Shown: positions 37,972 to 50,778, counted from the stretch's first letter. The stretch is DNA of 64,000 bases from Eledone cirrhosa (GCA_964016885.1 OZ024743.1:92256001-92320000), one strand, 5' to 3'. Notes: generated by a model from the sequence alone, not told the origin. Numbers and translations are program-made.

Positions 37972-38450
37972 TCATCATCATCATCGTTTAACGTCTATCT
38001 TCCACGCTACCATGGGTTTAGATTGGAATTGTCCCACTTGAGGCAAGATTGGTCATCTCGCTCGTATGAGACTGTCTGGCAGGTTTTCTACGGCTGGATG
38101 CCCTTCCTAACGCCAACCACGTTTACAGTGTGGACTGGGAGGTTTTTACCGTGTTACCTACACGGCCACATTACAGAGTGGACTGTGTGTTTTTTTGTTG
38201 TGACACCTACACGACCTCATATATTTAGGACTGGATGTTGTGGCACCAACATAACTTTACAGAGAAAGGGGTGGTGTTGATGGGGTAGTGGGAAGGGGGG
38301 TGTATATTTGATTAAGAGGTGCCTACTGACTGTAGGTTTCGCTTTGTACTTAGGCAAGGCGGGTTTTCTGTATAACTGCGTGGCGCCAAAGATCTCGGTC
38401 CAGTGACATTGTCTTAGAGAGGTGTAAGTGTGTAAGGTCGGAATTTATCA
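37968..38450 (-). mobile_element. RTE LINE 3' fragment, tail-to-tail with the previous copy
   Basis: Reverse-complement match to about 37435-37920. Confidence 0.88.
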
Positions 38451-38471
38451 ATATATATATATATATATATA

Positions 38472-39075
38472 CTAGCCAAACTACCCGTTCTTTGGACGGT
38501 TCAAGTAGCTTTCGATGTAGCTCATTAAACTAAACAAAGTAAATTTGAATACATAGAAGAAAAACGTACTTTATGTAAACATGAAATCCTTAGGCACTAT
38601 TCCAGCGAAAAGCATAATATTGTAGAAGTTATGACATCACTTAATGTATGAACATCAAGCTTGAAACGATAAATTATACAATGTCAAATCTATAAATTAA
38701 CTTAGTAATCTGTTAGAAATTGCTGGTTGTGAAATATACAAAATGATATTGTTAGTCTCATTGTTTCAAGTAAGAAGAGTAAATTAAAATCCGAATGGGC
38801 CGAATTACGCAAGATAATTCTTGTCCTATTTAAAGATAACTCTTGTCTTACTTAATCACGAAAATTAACACAAATAACCGAAACTTTTTTAATGTCTCCA
38901 AAGGCCCCAATATCGATTTTTGAAAGCCTTTGTAGATCATGTACAGGTGTTGTGCAAGGAGAAGCTCTGTAAAAAATTTCAAAGAAATCGCATGAATGGT
39001 TTAGAATATATGAACCCTCATTAAAAATTGTCCACACACACACACATACAGAAAACTACAGCTTTATATATATAC
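38472..39075 (-). mobile_element. Non-autonomous Helitron-like element
   Basis: On the - strand it ends in hairpin CCGTCC-AAA-GAACGG, about 10 nt, then CTAG|T; it starts with TATATATATAAAGCTG. Confidence 0.6.
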
Positions 39076-39109
39076 TCATATATATATATATATATATATG
39101 AGTATATAT

Positions 39110-40772
39110 GAGTAAAAGTTGGTGTCCATCAGGGCTCTGTACTTAGCCCCCTACTATTTATTATTGCCCTTCAGGCTATAACAGAGGAGTTCAAGACCGG
39201 CTGCCCATGGGAACTCCTATACGCAGATGATCTAACGCTCATAGCTGAATCAATGACCGAACTAGAGAAGAAATTCCAAACGTGGAAGCACGGCCTAGAA
39301 TCAAAAGGCCTTAAAATTAACCTGGCTAAGACTAAAGTTCTAGTTTGTAGGAAAGAAAATAAGGCGGCGGTCCCATCGGGGAAATGGCCATGCTCAGTGT
39401 GTAGGAAAGGCGTAGGTAGAAACTCCATTTTATGTCCCAAATGCAAAGTATGGGTGCATAAAAGATGTAGTGGGATCACAGGTAAGCTAACTAAGAACAT
39501 AGATTTTACATGTGGCCGGTGCTCTGGTGCAATAAGTAGCAGCAAGTGCCCACAAAATACTAGCTCCTTCAACTGCGCAGAGGGTTCTATAGAAATAGTG
39601 GACAGCTTCCGTTATCTGGGTGACAAAATCAGCAGTGGGGGAGGGTGCTCTGAAAGTACAGTAGCTAGAGTCAGAACTGGATGGAAAAAGTTCAGAGAGC
39701 TTATACCACTATTAGCCGCTAGAGGGTTCTCCCTAAAAATGAAAGGCAGGTTATACGATGCCTGCATACGAACAGCAATGCTGCATGGCAGTGAGACCTG
39801 GGCATTGTGTGCAGAGGATATACGCAGACTAGAGAGGAACGAAGCTTGCATGCTCCGCTGGATGTGCAATAGTAATATACGTGAACGGCAAAGCATAAAC
39901 GAACTAAGGAAAAAATTAGAAATAAGAGGGATCAGATGTTGTTTACTCGAGAGAAGGCTACGTTGGTACGGTCACGTGATGCGCATGAAAGACGACAGCT
40001 GTATAATAAAGTGCAGGGCAATAAAGATAGACGGTAGCCACGGAGTAGGCAGACCCAGAAAAACATGGGACGAGCTGATAAATTCCGACCTCACACGCTT
40101 ACACCTCTCCAAGACAATGTCACTGGACCGAGACTTTTGGCGGTACTCAGTAATAGAGAAGACCCACCTTACCTAAATACAAAGTAAAAACCTACTACAG
40201 TCAGTAGGCATCTCTATCAAAACACACCCCCGTCCCACCACCTCCACCCCACCCACACCGCCCCTTTCAATGTAAAGTTATGTTGGTCCCACAACATCCA
40301 GGCCGAAACAAATGAGATCGTGTAGGTGTCACGACAAAAAACACACAGTCCACGCTGTAAATGTGGCCGTGTAGGCAACACGGTAAAAACCTCCCAGCCC
40401 CACACTGTAAATGTGGTTGGTGTTAGGAAGGGCATCCAGCTGTAGAAAACCCGCCAGACAGTCCACGCTGTAATGTGGCCGTGTAGGCAACACGGTAAAA
40501 ACCTCCCAGCCCCACACTGTAAATGTGGTTGGTGTTAGGAAGGGCATCCAACTGTAGAAAACCCGCCAGACAGTCCACGCTGTAATGTGGCCGTGTAGGC
40601 AACACGGTAAAAACCTCCCAGCCCCACACTGTAAATGTGGTTGGTGTTAGGAAGGGCATCCAACTGTAGAAAGCCCGCCAGACAGTCCTATGCGAGCAAG
40701 ACAACCACTCTTGCCTCAAGTGGGAAAACCCCCGTCCAAACCCATGCAAGCGTGGAACACGGACGCTAAACC

Positions 40773-40803
<31 letters not shown>
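39110..40803 (+). mobile_element. RTE LINE, 5'-truncated, the best-preserved copy
   Basis: Open frame from GVHQGSVLSPLLF and LLYADDL through ORF 39253..40176; 3' UTR; (GAT)n tail; inside a (TA)n tract. Confidence 0.95.
39116..40176 (+). pseudogene. RTE reverse-transcriptase C-terminal half with inserted PHD-like finger
   Basis: YADD...KTKVLV-[CSVC..CPKC..HKRC..CGRC]-VDSFRYLG...LHGSETW...RLRWYGHV...GRPRKTW. Confidence 0.9.
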
Positions 40804-40844
<41 letters not shown>

Positions 40845-42554
40845 TATTCGGACTCTTGCTATTTTAGTTACATCCACTGATGACGCAATGCAGAACTGCC
40901 TATCTATCTATAGTATGATCAAAACAATCCCATACTTCATTCACTGGTAGAACTCATCAAATTGAACCAAGGAAGCAATGTTTCCATTGGTCTTTCCATT
41001 GCTGATTCTATCAGCTGGTTGCAATTCCTGGCAGAAAGAGCAACATGAAATAAAGTGTCTTGCGCAAGGACACAATGCATTGCCCAGTCCAGGAATCAAA
41101 TTCACAACCTCATGATTGTGAATCCAATTCTCAAACCACTAAGCCACATGCCTGTATATATCTAGCTAGCTATCTCTCTATATATATATGGATTGAACCA
41201 GTTTTAAACTAGTTAGACCATTATTCAACAGAGTACTCAATACTTGGGATAGTAGAGTATGACTATATTAGAAAGAGTCTGGGCCTGATGGCTGAGCTCT
41301 TGCTGTTTCAACAGCTAGTCTAGAATTAATATTGGAATATAACCTGTAAAGGGAGAAAAGAGAAAAAGACGTTCCATCGAACCAACACCTAGGACACCAC
41401 TTGTTAAGCACAGATATTTCTGGCTCCCTAGAACACACAATGTTGAAACTGATAAGAAATCCATTCTGTTAATTCAAATTCTGTCACGGCCAGCTTTGCC
41501 TTTCATCCTCCTGGGGTCAATGAAATAAAGTGCTAGTCAAGTACTGTCTATGTCTAAGTCTCAGTCTAAAGTCTGTCTCAAGCCAGTGCTTATCCCAGTT
41601 TTGTGGTGTGAAGCGGCTGAGAGTACAAGATGGGATGCCAGTCCGTCACAGGGTTAAACTCCCAGCTGTTGTTGGTAGTCATTTTCAGCTGAGTATATTG
41701 GAGCAACGTGAAATGAAGTGTTTGGCTCAAGAACACAACACACAACCCATCCCAGAAATCAAACCCATGGCATTATGATCATAAGTCGAACACCCTTACC
41801 ACTAGGCCACACACCTCCACACCAAGTACAGGGGTCAATGAAATTGACTTTCTGGCCTTATACCTAAATTAGTAATCATTATTAGACCAGCCACGTACAC
41901 ATTAAGTTCATAAGCAGGCCTCTCCATTGATCAAACAACTTGAACACTCATTGTTGAAACTGATGGAGGCCCATTCTATTATTAAATAAATATTTATAAA
42001 CTCAAATATATAAACCACTTAGTCATTGCAGTTTTTATGTCCAGCTTATAAAGCAATTTTTTTAACCCTTGACTGTTTATATTTCAAAATAAAATAAATA
42101 TATAAAGTTTAAAATATAAAGTAGGTCAATAGTGCAATAAAAAAGCTGGGAACCATATGATTTTAACTGAAATTATCTAACAAGATACTTTGTTTAGAGT
42201 TACTAATTCTCACATATTATGTGTTGTACATGAAAGGTAATTAATATATGGACTGCAGTTGGTTTAAAATTACTGTTTATATTTATAGATAAGTCACTAC
42301 CAATAGAAAGAAAACAAATGAAAGTAGATGTGAAAAATCGTGTGTAAGTTATCTACGAAATACTGTCCAGGAGTTGAAATTCACAGCACACACAGACACA
42401 CTTATGCATGCACACACTCACACATATACTCACACACACTCACAGGCACACACATTCACGCATGCACACGTTCATACATGCACATATTCAAATATGCACA
42501 CATATACACACTCAAACACATATTTGCATACATTTGCATATCACACATACATAC

Positions 42555-44040
42555 CATGGGTTTCTATACAGTTTCTGCCTACCAAATTTCACTAACATTG
42601 GTCAACCTGAGGTTATAGTAGAAGACTCAATGCATTGGTCAACCTGAGGTTATAGAAGACACAAAGCATTGGTCAACCTGAGGTTATAGTAGAAGATACA
42701 AGGCATTGGTCAACCTGAGGTTATAGTAGAAGACTCAAGGCATTGGTCAACCTGAGGTTATAATAGAAGACTCAAGGCATTGGTCAACCTGAGGTTATAG
42801 TAGAAGATACAAGGCATTGGTCAACCTGAGGTTATAATAGAAGACACAAGGCATTGGTCAACCTGAGGTTATAATAGAAGACTCAAGGCATTGGTCAATC
42901 TGAGGTTATAAAAGAAGACTCAAGGCATTGGTCAACCTGCGGTTATAGAAGACTCAAGGCATTGGTCAACCTGAGGTTATAATAGAAGACTCAAGGCATT
43001 AGTCAACCTGAGGTTATAATAGAAGACTCAAGGCATTAGTCAACCTGAGGTTATAATAGAAGACTCAAGGTATTGGTCAACCTGAGGTTATAGTAGAAGA
43101 CACAAGGCATTGGTCAACCTGAGGTTATAGTAGAAGACTCAAGGCATTGGTCAACCTGTGATTATAGAAGACTCAAGGCATTGGTCAACCTGAGGTTATA
43201 GTAGAAGATACAAGGCATTGGTCAACCTGAGGTTATAATAGAAGACACAAGGCATTGGTCAACCTGCGGTTATAATAGAAGACACAAGGCATTGGTCAAC
43301 CTGAGGTTATAATAGAAGACTCAAGGCATTGGTCAACCTGAGGTTATAATAGAAGACACAAGGCATTGGTCAACTTGAGGTTATAGTAGAAGACTCAAGG
43401 CATTGGTCAACCTGTGATTATAGAAGACTCAAGGCATTGGTCAACCTGAGGTTATAGTAGAAGACACAAGGCATTGGTCAACCTGAGGTTATAGAAGACT
43501 CAAGGCATTGGTCAACTTGAGGTTATAGTAGAAGACTCAAGGCATTGGTCAACCTGAGGTTATAGTAGAAGACTCAAGGCATTGGTCAACCTGTGATTAT
43601 AGAAGACTCAAGGCAGTAGTCAACCTGAGGTTATAATAGAAGACACAAGGCATTGGTCAACTTGAGGTTATAGTAGAAGACTCAAGGCATTGGTCAACCT
43701 GTGATTATAGAAGACTCAAGGCATTGGTCAACCTGAGGTTATAATAAAAGACTCAAGGCATTGGTCAACCTGCGGTTATAGAAGACTCAAGGCATTGGTC
43801 AACCTGAGGTTATAGTAGAAGACTCAAGGCATTGGTCAACCTGTGATTAAAGTAGAAGACACAAGGCATTGGTCAACCTGAGGTTATAGTAGAAGACTCA
43901 AGGCATTGGTCAACCTGAGGTTATACTAGAAGACACAAGGCATTGGTCAACCTGTGATTATAGTGGACACTTCCTCCAGTTGCCAAGCATTAGGATTGAA
44001 CCCCAAATCCATTGTTGCAAAGTGAACCTCTTGGTGATAC
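42555..44040 (-). mobile_element. CORE-like SINE (family C) split by an amplified internal segment
   Basis: Left flank GGTTTCTATACAGTTTCTGCCTACCAAATTTCAC and right flank GACACTT..TGCCAAGCATTAGGATTGAACCC resemble the antisense of the decayed SINE at 61505-61670. Confidence 0.6.
42595..43965. repeat. 37-bp (and 34-bp variant) minisatellite, about 38 units
   Basis: Unit GGCATTGGTCAACCTGAGGTTATAGTAGAAGACTCAA. Confidence 0.97.
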
Positions 44041-45053
44041 AGCTGAACCTAATTGTCTATCAACTGACCCTAATAGTAATACCTATTAGATTCTATATAA
44101 AATGAAAGATACTGCTTATGTCATTAGAACTTTCATTTACATATTTCTAATGAAAGACATTGCTTATGATGTCCAATGGGAGGTGTTTAGTGATATTTTC
44201 TCATTAGTAACTTAGGGTTTGGAACATAACGTAACAAAGGTTCTTACATAAAATTATGATTGAAAGGTTTTATTTACATATATATATTTATATAAACATT
44301 TTAACAGTGTCATTATCAAATTCCCAGTGAAAGATTCTGCCTATGATTTTAAAATCCTTTTGAAATAAATTAATATTATACTGGTTACATATTCAACATG
44401 AAATTCATTTTTGATTTGTTTTGAATGTGTCAGAAATAGATAAAAACAGTCGGAAACAGTTGGAAATAGGTAAAAAATCATTATGTAATGGAGTTCTTCT
44501 GAAACTAAAATTATACTCTAAATGATTCTTAAAACATTTTAAATACCAAAATATGAAAACTTTATAAACATATTCTCCACTCATGAGAATTTCAAAACCT
44601 TGCCATCTGAACATTATCTGTTGATTAGCTTCCTCAGCTTATAAACAGGATTTGGATTTTTGCCTCTTTCTCAGACATAAAATAGGGGATCGGCTTATAT
44701 TTGAGTATATATGGTACATTATATATATATCATCATCATCATCATAAAATAGGAGATCGGCTTATATTTTGAGTTCAAATCCCGCCAAGGTTAACTTTCC
44801 CTTTCATCCTTACTGGGTTGATAAAATAAAGTACCAGTAATACACTGGGTAATTGCTGGCCTTGTGCCAAAAGTAGAAACAATTATATATATATATATAA
44901 AATGAATAAAATAACCAAGATTTAATTACATTATTTAATAGATTTACGAACATTTCTTTCAAATACAGTAAAAAAATACCATTTTATTTCTCTGTACTGA
45001 ATTCCTCAAAATAATTAAATATTTATAAAAAAAAAACAGTTATTTACCAACTG

Positions 45054-45190
45054 CATTACCGAACATCTCACTATGAAAATCATTACTGAACATCTCACTA
45101 TGAAAAATCATTACCGAACATCTCACTATGAAAATCATTACCGAACATCTCACTATGAAAATCATTACTGAACATCTTACTATGAAAATG
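45054..45190. repeat. 27-bp tandem repeat, 5 units
   Basis: CATTACCGAACATCTCACTATGAAAAT. Confidence 0.9.
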
Positions 45191-46821
45191 TAAACAACTT
45201 TAAATCTAGATGGGAAAATGTTAAAAGTTATACAAATAAAAATTTATTAGTAATAAATATACCATGAAGTATATATATATATATAATGTTCCACACTGTA
45301 AATGTGGTTGGTGTTAGGAAGGGCATCCAAATGTAAAATACCCTGCCAAATTTACAGTCCTCGCCAGAGCAAGGTGCAGCATGGTCAACTCTGGCCAGAC
45401 CTGCCTCACAGCGTGGACGACTCTTCTAACCCTTGCAAGCATGGAAAAATGGACGCTAAACAGTGATGGTGATGAATGTGTGTGTGTGTGGAGTTAACCA
45501 AAAAGAATCAAAATTGCCAATTAATAATATATTTAAGCTCAATGTGTTTATGTCATTATAGATAGAAATATAGAAGGGATGTTATTTAAGAAAAGAAGAA
45601 TAAGGTGACACATAATAATCCAGAGCATATACAACAAATTAAGATAATAGAGTAGATTTATTAAATCATTTAACACCTTACAAATAATTTAACTAATACT
45701 TATACTATAAAAATATAGTTAAAAAAAGAGAAAATATATATTGAACGTAGTTAAGTATCATCAAATATTTTATACCATTAGAGGTAATAAAAATGATAAA
45801 AAAACAATGACCTGTGAAAAGCAAGTCAAAAAGGAAAAAAGTATGCATCAATAACGAGGGATACATCTTTAATGATAAATATATAAACAATAAATGGTTA
45901 TTCATGTCATGCAAGAACACTATTGGTTATTTAAAATAATGAAAATAATAAAATATTTGATATAGAAGCACACCAAGGAATTGCTCAAGATTGATTATTG
46001 TATTAAGGTAAAAAAATTAATTAAAAATTACAATAGGGCAGAAAACTAAGATAAAGTAAAAATTTAAAATATTTTTATAGGTTCCGCAAATAATGCAAAT
46101 AATTGAAATATTTAAAGGGCATCATCCCTATATAATCTCCATTATATTATGAAAAGTTAAGAAATTAGATTTATTCTATAAAAATATACATATTAGGTCT
46201 GTAAATTGTGCAGTGTCACTAGACCCCATTGTTATGTCGAAATTATTGGGGTGGTTTGTTCTAGTCTGAATGGTCCCGTAACTCCTGATGGGGTTCTATG
46301 GGCACCGTAGTGACAGACAGCATTTCAAAGGCATTTAAAGCCTGGTAGAGCCGATCCCTCTCCAGTCACCAGGTCTGAAGACAGCAGATTTGTTCCAGAA
46401 AAGGATAGAGATTGAGAGAGAGGAAGTGAGAAAGTGACATAGAGGAAGAATCGATTGCAGTACTAGACTGGTATTTTTTTTTATCAATCTTGAAAGGATG
46501 AAAGGCAAAGTTGGCTTCAGCAGGATTTGAACTCAGAGATCAAAGAGCCAAAATGAATACTGCAAAGCATTCTATCTGATGTTCTAATGACTCTGCCAAT
46601 TTTCTGCCTTCTAATCTGAAAAGAACCCTCAAATTCTGTAATAGTACACCTAGCTCCAATAACAATATTGATTTCATATCTATTAATATCAGTAAGATTC
46701 ATAGCAAAGATAAGAGCCTTATTTAAAACAATCGGAGATATAAAAGGGTTGTAGCTATCAATGGGAAACTGCAAGAATTTAAAACTATTTTTGTGCTTAA
46801 TACTAGTGAACCAATTAATAA

Positions 46822-47497
46822 CTGTTTCTACTTTAGGCACAAGGCCAGCAATCACCCAGTGCATTACTGGTACTTTATTTTATCGACCCCGTAAGGATGA
46901 AAGGCAAAGTCAACCTCGGCGGGATTTGAACTCAGATCATAAAGGGACGTAACTATGCTGGAAAGCATGGCGTCCGACCCTCTACCGATACTCCCAATCC
47001 ACCGCCAGTGAACCTTTAGGTCTTGTGCCTAAAGTAGAAACAATTATTAGCTGTAGAAGTGTAGAAGGGTCATGGATTGGCAGAATCGGTAGAGAATCAG
47101 ACAACATGCTTTGTGGCATATAGTTATGGCCCTTTACATTCTAAGTTCAAATCACGCCGAGGTTAACTTTGCGTTTCATCCTTACAGAATTGATGAAATA
47201 AAGTACCAGTAATGCACCGGAGTCAATTTAATCAATTTTCCCCTTCCCCCAAAAATATTGTTGGCCTTGTGTCTAAATCAGAAAGCATTATTAGCTATAG
47301 AAGAGTGATGGATTAGCAGAATTGGTAGAGTGTCAGACAACATACTTTGTGGCATATAGTTACAACCCTTTACATTCTAAGTTCAAATCCCACCGAGGTT
47401 AACTTTGTCTTTCATCCTTACGGGATTGATGAAATAAAGTACCAGTAATGCACTGGGATAATTGCTAGCCTTGTGCCAAAAGTAGAAACAATTATTA
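46822..47497. mobile_element. Cluster of family-A SINEs: 46822-47007(-), 47073-47290(+), 47308-47497(+)
   Basis: Three copies with A/B boxes and the shared body. Confidence 0.85.
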
Positions 47498-47822
47498 GCT
47501 GTAGACGACAATTAATAAAGCAAGATTTCATTTACTTTACACTTTACATTCACTTTTCCGAGGTTTGTGTGTGTAGTGGTGGTGGTGGTTGTGGTGGTAG
47601 GTGACTGTGTGTGTGTTGGGGAGGATGTCTGTGTGTTGGGGAGGATGACTCTGTGTTTGTGTGAGTGTGTGTGTTTGTATTTGTCTGTAAGTCTGTGTGT
47701 GTATGTGTGTGCATTTATGTGTATCACTTTGTGTGTGTATATATGTATCTCCCTGTGTGTGTTGGCATGTATGTGTGTGTGGGAGAGCCTGTGTATGTGT
47801 TAACTTTTATAAACTTAATTAT

Positions 47823-48040
47823 TTAACCCTTTAATATTCAAACTGACCAAAATTCTCTACCTTTTTCTGTTGAAACTGGCTGTAACTGGTCACTCAAACT
47901 GATGTTAAGGTATTGTTCTCAAAATAAATACTTTCAAAATCTCATAGATTCGATATTATGTGAGATAATTATGCGAGATAAAGCCTTTACCATGAAAATA
48001 TAATAGTATATATAGAGTAATGTGAATGCTAAAGAGTTAA
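47823..48040 (+). mobile_element. piggyBac-like MITE
   Basis: TTAA|CCCTTTA...TAAAGAG|TTAA; other copies at about 50806-50910 (partial), 57870-58098(-) and 63339-63565. Confidence 0.75.
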
Positions 48041-48257
48041 TGAAGATAGATAGCTTAGTGGTTAAGGTGTTGGTTCCATAATTGTAAGGTTGCGGTTTCA
48101 TTAGGTGTATATGTAATCATACCGGCGTCTATTACTATAATTTATCTAATCATAAGTATACATCTAATTTCACAAGTGTGTATGTAATTGTATAAATATG
48201 TATTACCTTCACTTATCGTAGGTGTCTATCTAATTATAGGTGTATACATGCTATATA

Positions 48258-48681
48258 CAGTAGACCCTCGCAGTACAAGTGCCCCATGGTATGAGTAATT
48301 TGCTGTACAAGCCGAGGCACATGTGAATTTTTGTCTGGAAATCCGCAGTACGATCGAGTTTCATACAATCGACTGCTAGTCACTGCTGAGCTCACATACG
48401 CTCTTCCAACAAGTGCAGCTTCCGCTTGCACAGTTCTCGAGTTTATCTCATTGTGGCAGCATCCCTATTGTGTTTTCCCAATGTTTTTTTTTAGTTTTGT
48501 GCATTTTCTGCTATCATTTTATAATAATTAGTGGCAGAAAACCCATAAAAAATTATTTTTGGCTGGTTTTGTGGGGCTAGAACGCATTATTTATATTTTA
48601 ATTAATTTCAATGGGGAAAATTGGTTTGTAAAATGAGCTTGGTCATGGAATGAATTAAAATCATGCTACAAGGTATCACTA
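48258..48681 (+). mobile_element. pogo/Tigger-like non-autonomous element
   Basis: TA|CAGTAGACCCTCGCAGTAC...TGCTACAAGGTATCACTA|TA degenerate TIRs. Confidence 0.65.
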
Positions 48682-48754
48682 TATATATATGTATATATAA
48701 TTGAAAAAGAGGAGAATAACATGGTCAACAGTACAAAAAAAGGGGATTTATTTG

Positions 48755-48864
48755 CAGTCTAACAATTGTTTCACTGATAGACTTGTCTAAAAATTGCTGA
48801 ACACTAAAAACAGTGCCACTCAATTTTAAATACAATGTTAGCTCTACTAGATCATCGGAAACTG
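48755..48864 (-). ncRNA. Hammerhead-like motif with extended stem II
   Basis: CAGUUU-CCGAUGA-[about 80-nt hairpin]-GAAAC-AAUU-GUU-AGACUG, then AATAAA; U4 is C. Confidence 0.55.
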
Positions 48865-49852
48865 TTAAAAAAATATATATGTAACCGGAAAATTTACAGA
48901 TTCAAATTACATCATCAATAATAATATTAATAATAAAGATATAGAGAGAAAAGGAGGAAGAAAGGGAGATAGATATAGTAAAGAAAGAAAGGAATACAAG
49001 TGAAATCATAAACTCGTCATCTACGTAAACTCGTCATCTACGTAAACCTCTTGTTGAGTCAAGCAAAGCTGTACGCTAAAACTATCCATAATAAGAAGTA
49101 TTCACAACCTCTAATTGGATTACCTATAACGATATTTTGTTATCCTTTATATATGTATATACATATATATAAGGAACACTTGTGATTATTTATGCCCTTG
49201 AGAAGCCCAACTGAGCGAAACGTACGTAGGTGATATTTTAAATAAACATGTTTTAATGGTCTATTCTCCGATGTTTTACTTTCCCACGTGCTTATGCTCT
49301 GCTAACTCTCTAGCCCACTAAATATTAATACTTCGAATATTTAATACTGCCGGCACTAGTATCGAGCACCTTTGGCATACGCTACTTGGCAAATAACTAT
49401 ATGTATCACCTATCCCCCCTTTTTTTCTCTTTCTCGATACGTAAATACTATAGGAAGACGATCGACTTTCGTCAAATCGGACTGAGGGAACAATGTTTCC
49501 GTTGGTCTTTCCAATTGCTAATACTATCTATCGGTCGCAACTCCAGGTAGAAGGAGCAACGTGAAATAAAGTGTCTTGCTCAAGGACATAACGCATCGCC
49601 TGGTCCAGGAATCGAACTCACAACCTTACGATTGCGAATCTAATTCTCTAACCACTCAGCCACACGCCTTCACTATAAATACTATATTACATATACATAT
49701 ATATATATATATATACATATATAAGATTGTTTATCTTAGTTGTTACATAGTAACTTCTTGATGATAAGCAGATCCTAGTGATCCGAAGCACTACACGTCA
49801 GTAATTTATCCCAGGTGGGTGATATTAAGAGACGGAGTATTCATTTATCAAA

Positions 49853-50018
49853 TAATTGTTTCTACTTTTGGCACAAGGCCAGCAATTACCCAGTGTATTA
49901 CTGGTACTTTATTTTATCGACCCCATAAGGATGAAAGGCAAAGTTAACCTCGGCAGGATTTGAACTCAGAATGGCAAGGGCCATAACTCTATGCGTCAAA
50001 GCATGTCGTCCGACCCCC
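49853..50018 (-). mobile_element. tRNA-derived SINE, family A
   Basis: Antisense copy, 5'-clipped. Confidence 0.8.
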
Positions 50019-50249
50019 TATATCAAATAACTGTAGTTAAGACGGGATTAAATCACTGATTGTTTATTGCATTATATATATTTATTCCGTCTAACCCATG
50101 CTAGCATGGAAGAACGGACGTAAAATGGTGATGATGATGATATTTCAGTTACATGGTTATTCATTTGACTTTGTCAGATGATTGCGTAAGCATCTGATGA
50201 AGTTACATGAATAACCATTAAGATCCCATTAAGTGTGAAAGCAGTGATT

Positions 50250-50266
50250 CTTTATGTGTGTGTATG

Positions 50267-50299
<33 letters not shown>

Positions 50300-50417
50300 A
50301 TATATGTATGTGTCATCATCATCATCATCATTTTACGTCCGCTCTTCCCTGCTTGTGTGTGTGTATATATATATGTATGTGTGTGTGTGTGTATATATAT
50401 ATATGTGTGTGTGTGTG

Positions 50418-50448
<31 letters not shown>

Positions 50449-50585
50449 ATGTATGTGTGTGTGTATATATGTGTGTGTGTGTGTATATATATCTATGTTT
50501 GTGTGTATATGTATATGTGTGTGTGTGTGTGTATATATATCTATGTTTGTGTGTATATGTATATGTATGTGTGTATATATATATA

Positions 50586-50628
<43 letters not shown>

Positions 50629-50747
50629 ACACTCGTTCAGCGCATCGGTAGGGGTTCTCCTACATGGATATAAAGTAGTGGCCGTACTCGAAAACGAGTT
50701 GGCAGCCACCATGTGTGTGTGTATATATATATATATATGTGTGTGTG

Positions 50748-50778
<31 letters not shown>

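Noticed and set aside
42289-42343. Possible micro-exon (DKSLPIERKQMKVDVKNRV, tag/gtaagt); similar candidates at 44434-44469 and 45562-45603
   Set aside because: Phases do not fit between the phase-0 exons ending at 34295 and starting at 52374 without further unseen exons; such signals arise easily in AT-rich DNA. Unresolved without RNA-seq
42595-43965. 37-bp palindromic repeat resembling a CRISPR direct repeat
   Set aside because: Head-to-tail with no spacers; apparently SINE-derived
46200-46325. Possible HDV-like ribozyme (TGTCACTA...TAGTGACA pairing) in a LINE 5'-like segment; a GC-richer segment at 62110-62215 was also considered
   Set aside because: Could not assign P1/P1.1 or the catalytic C convincingly by eye
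50190-50245. CTGATGA...GAAAG motif; also 40876 and 49758
   Set aside because: No convincing stems I and II, so not called as hammerheads
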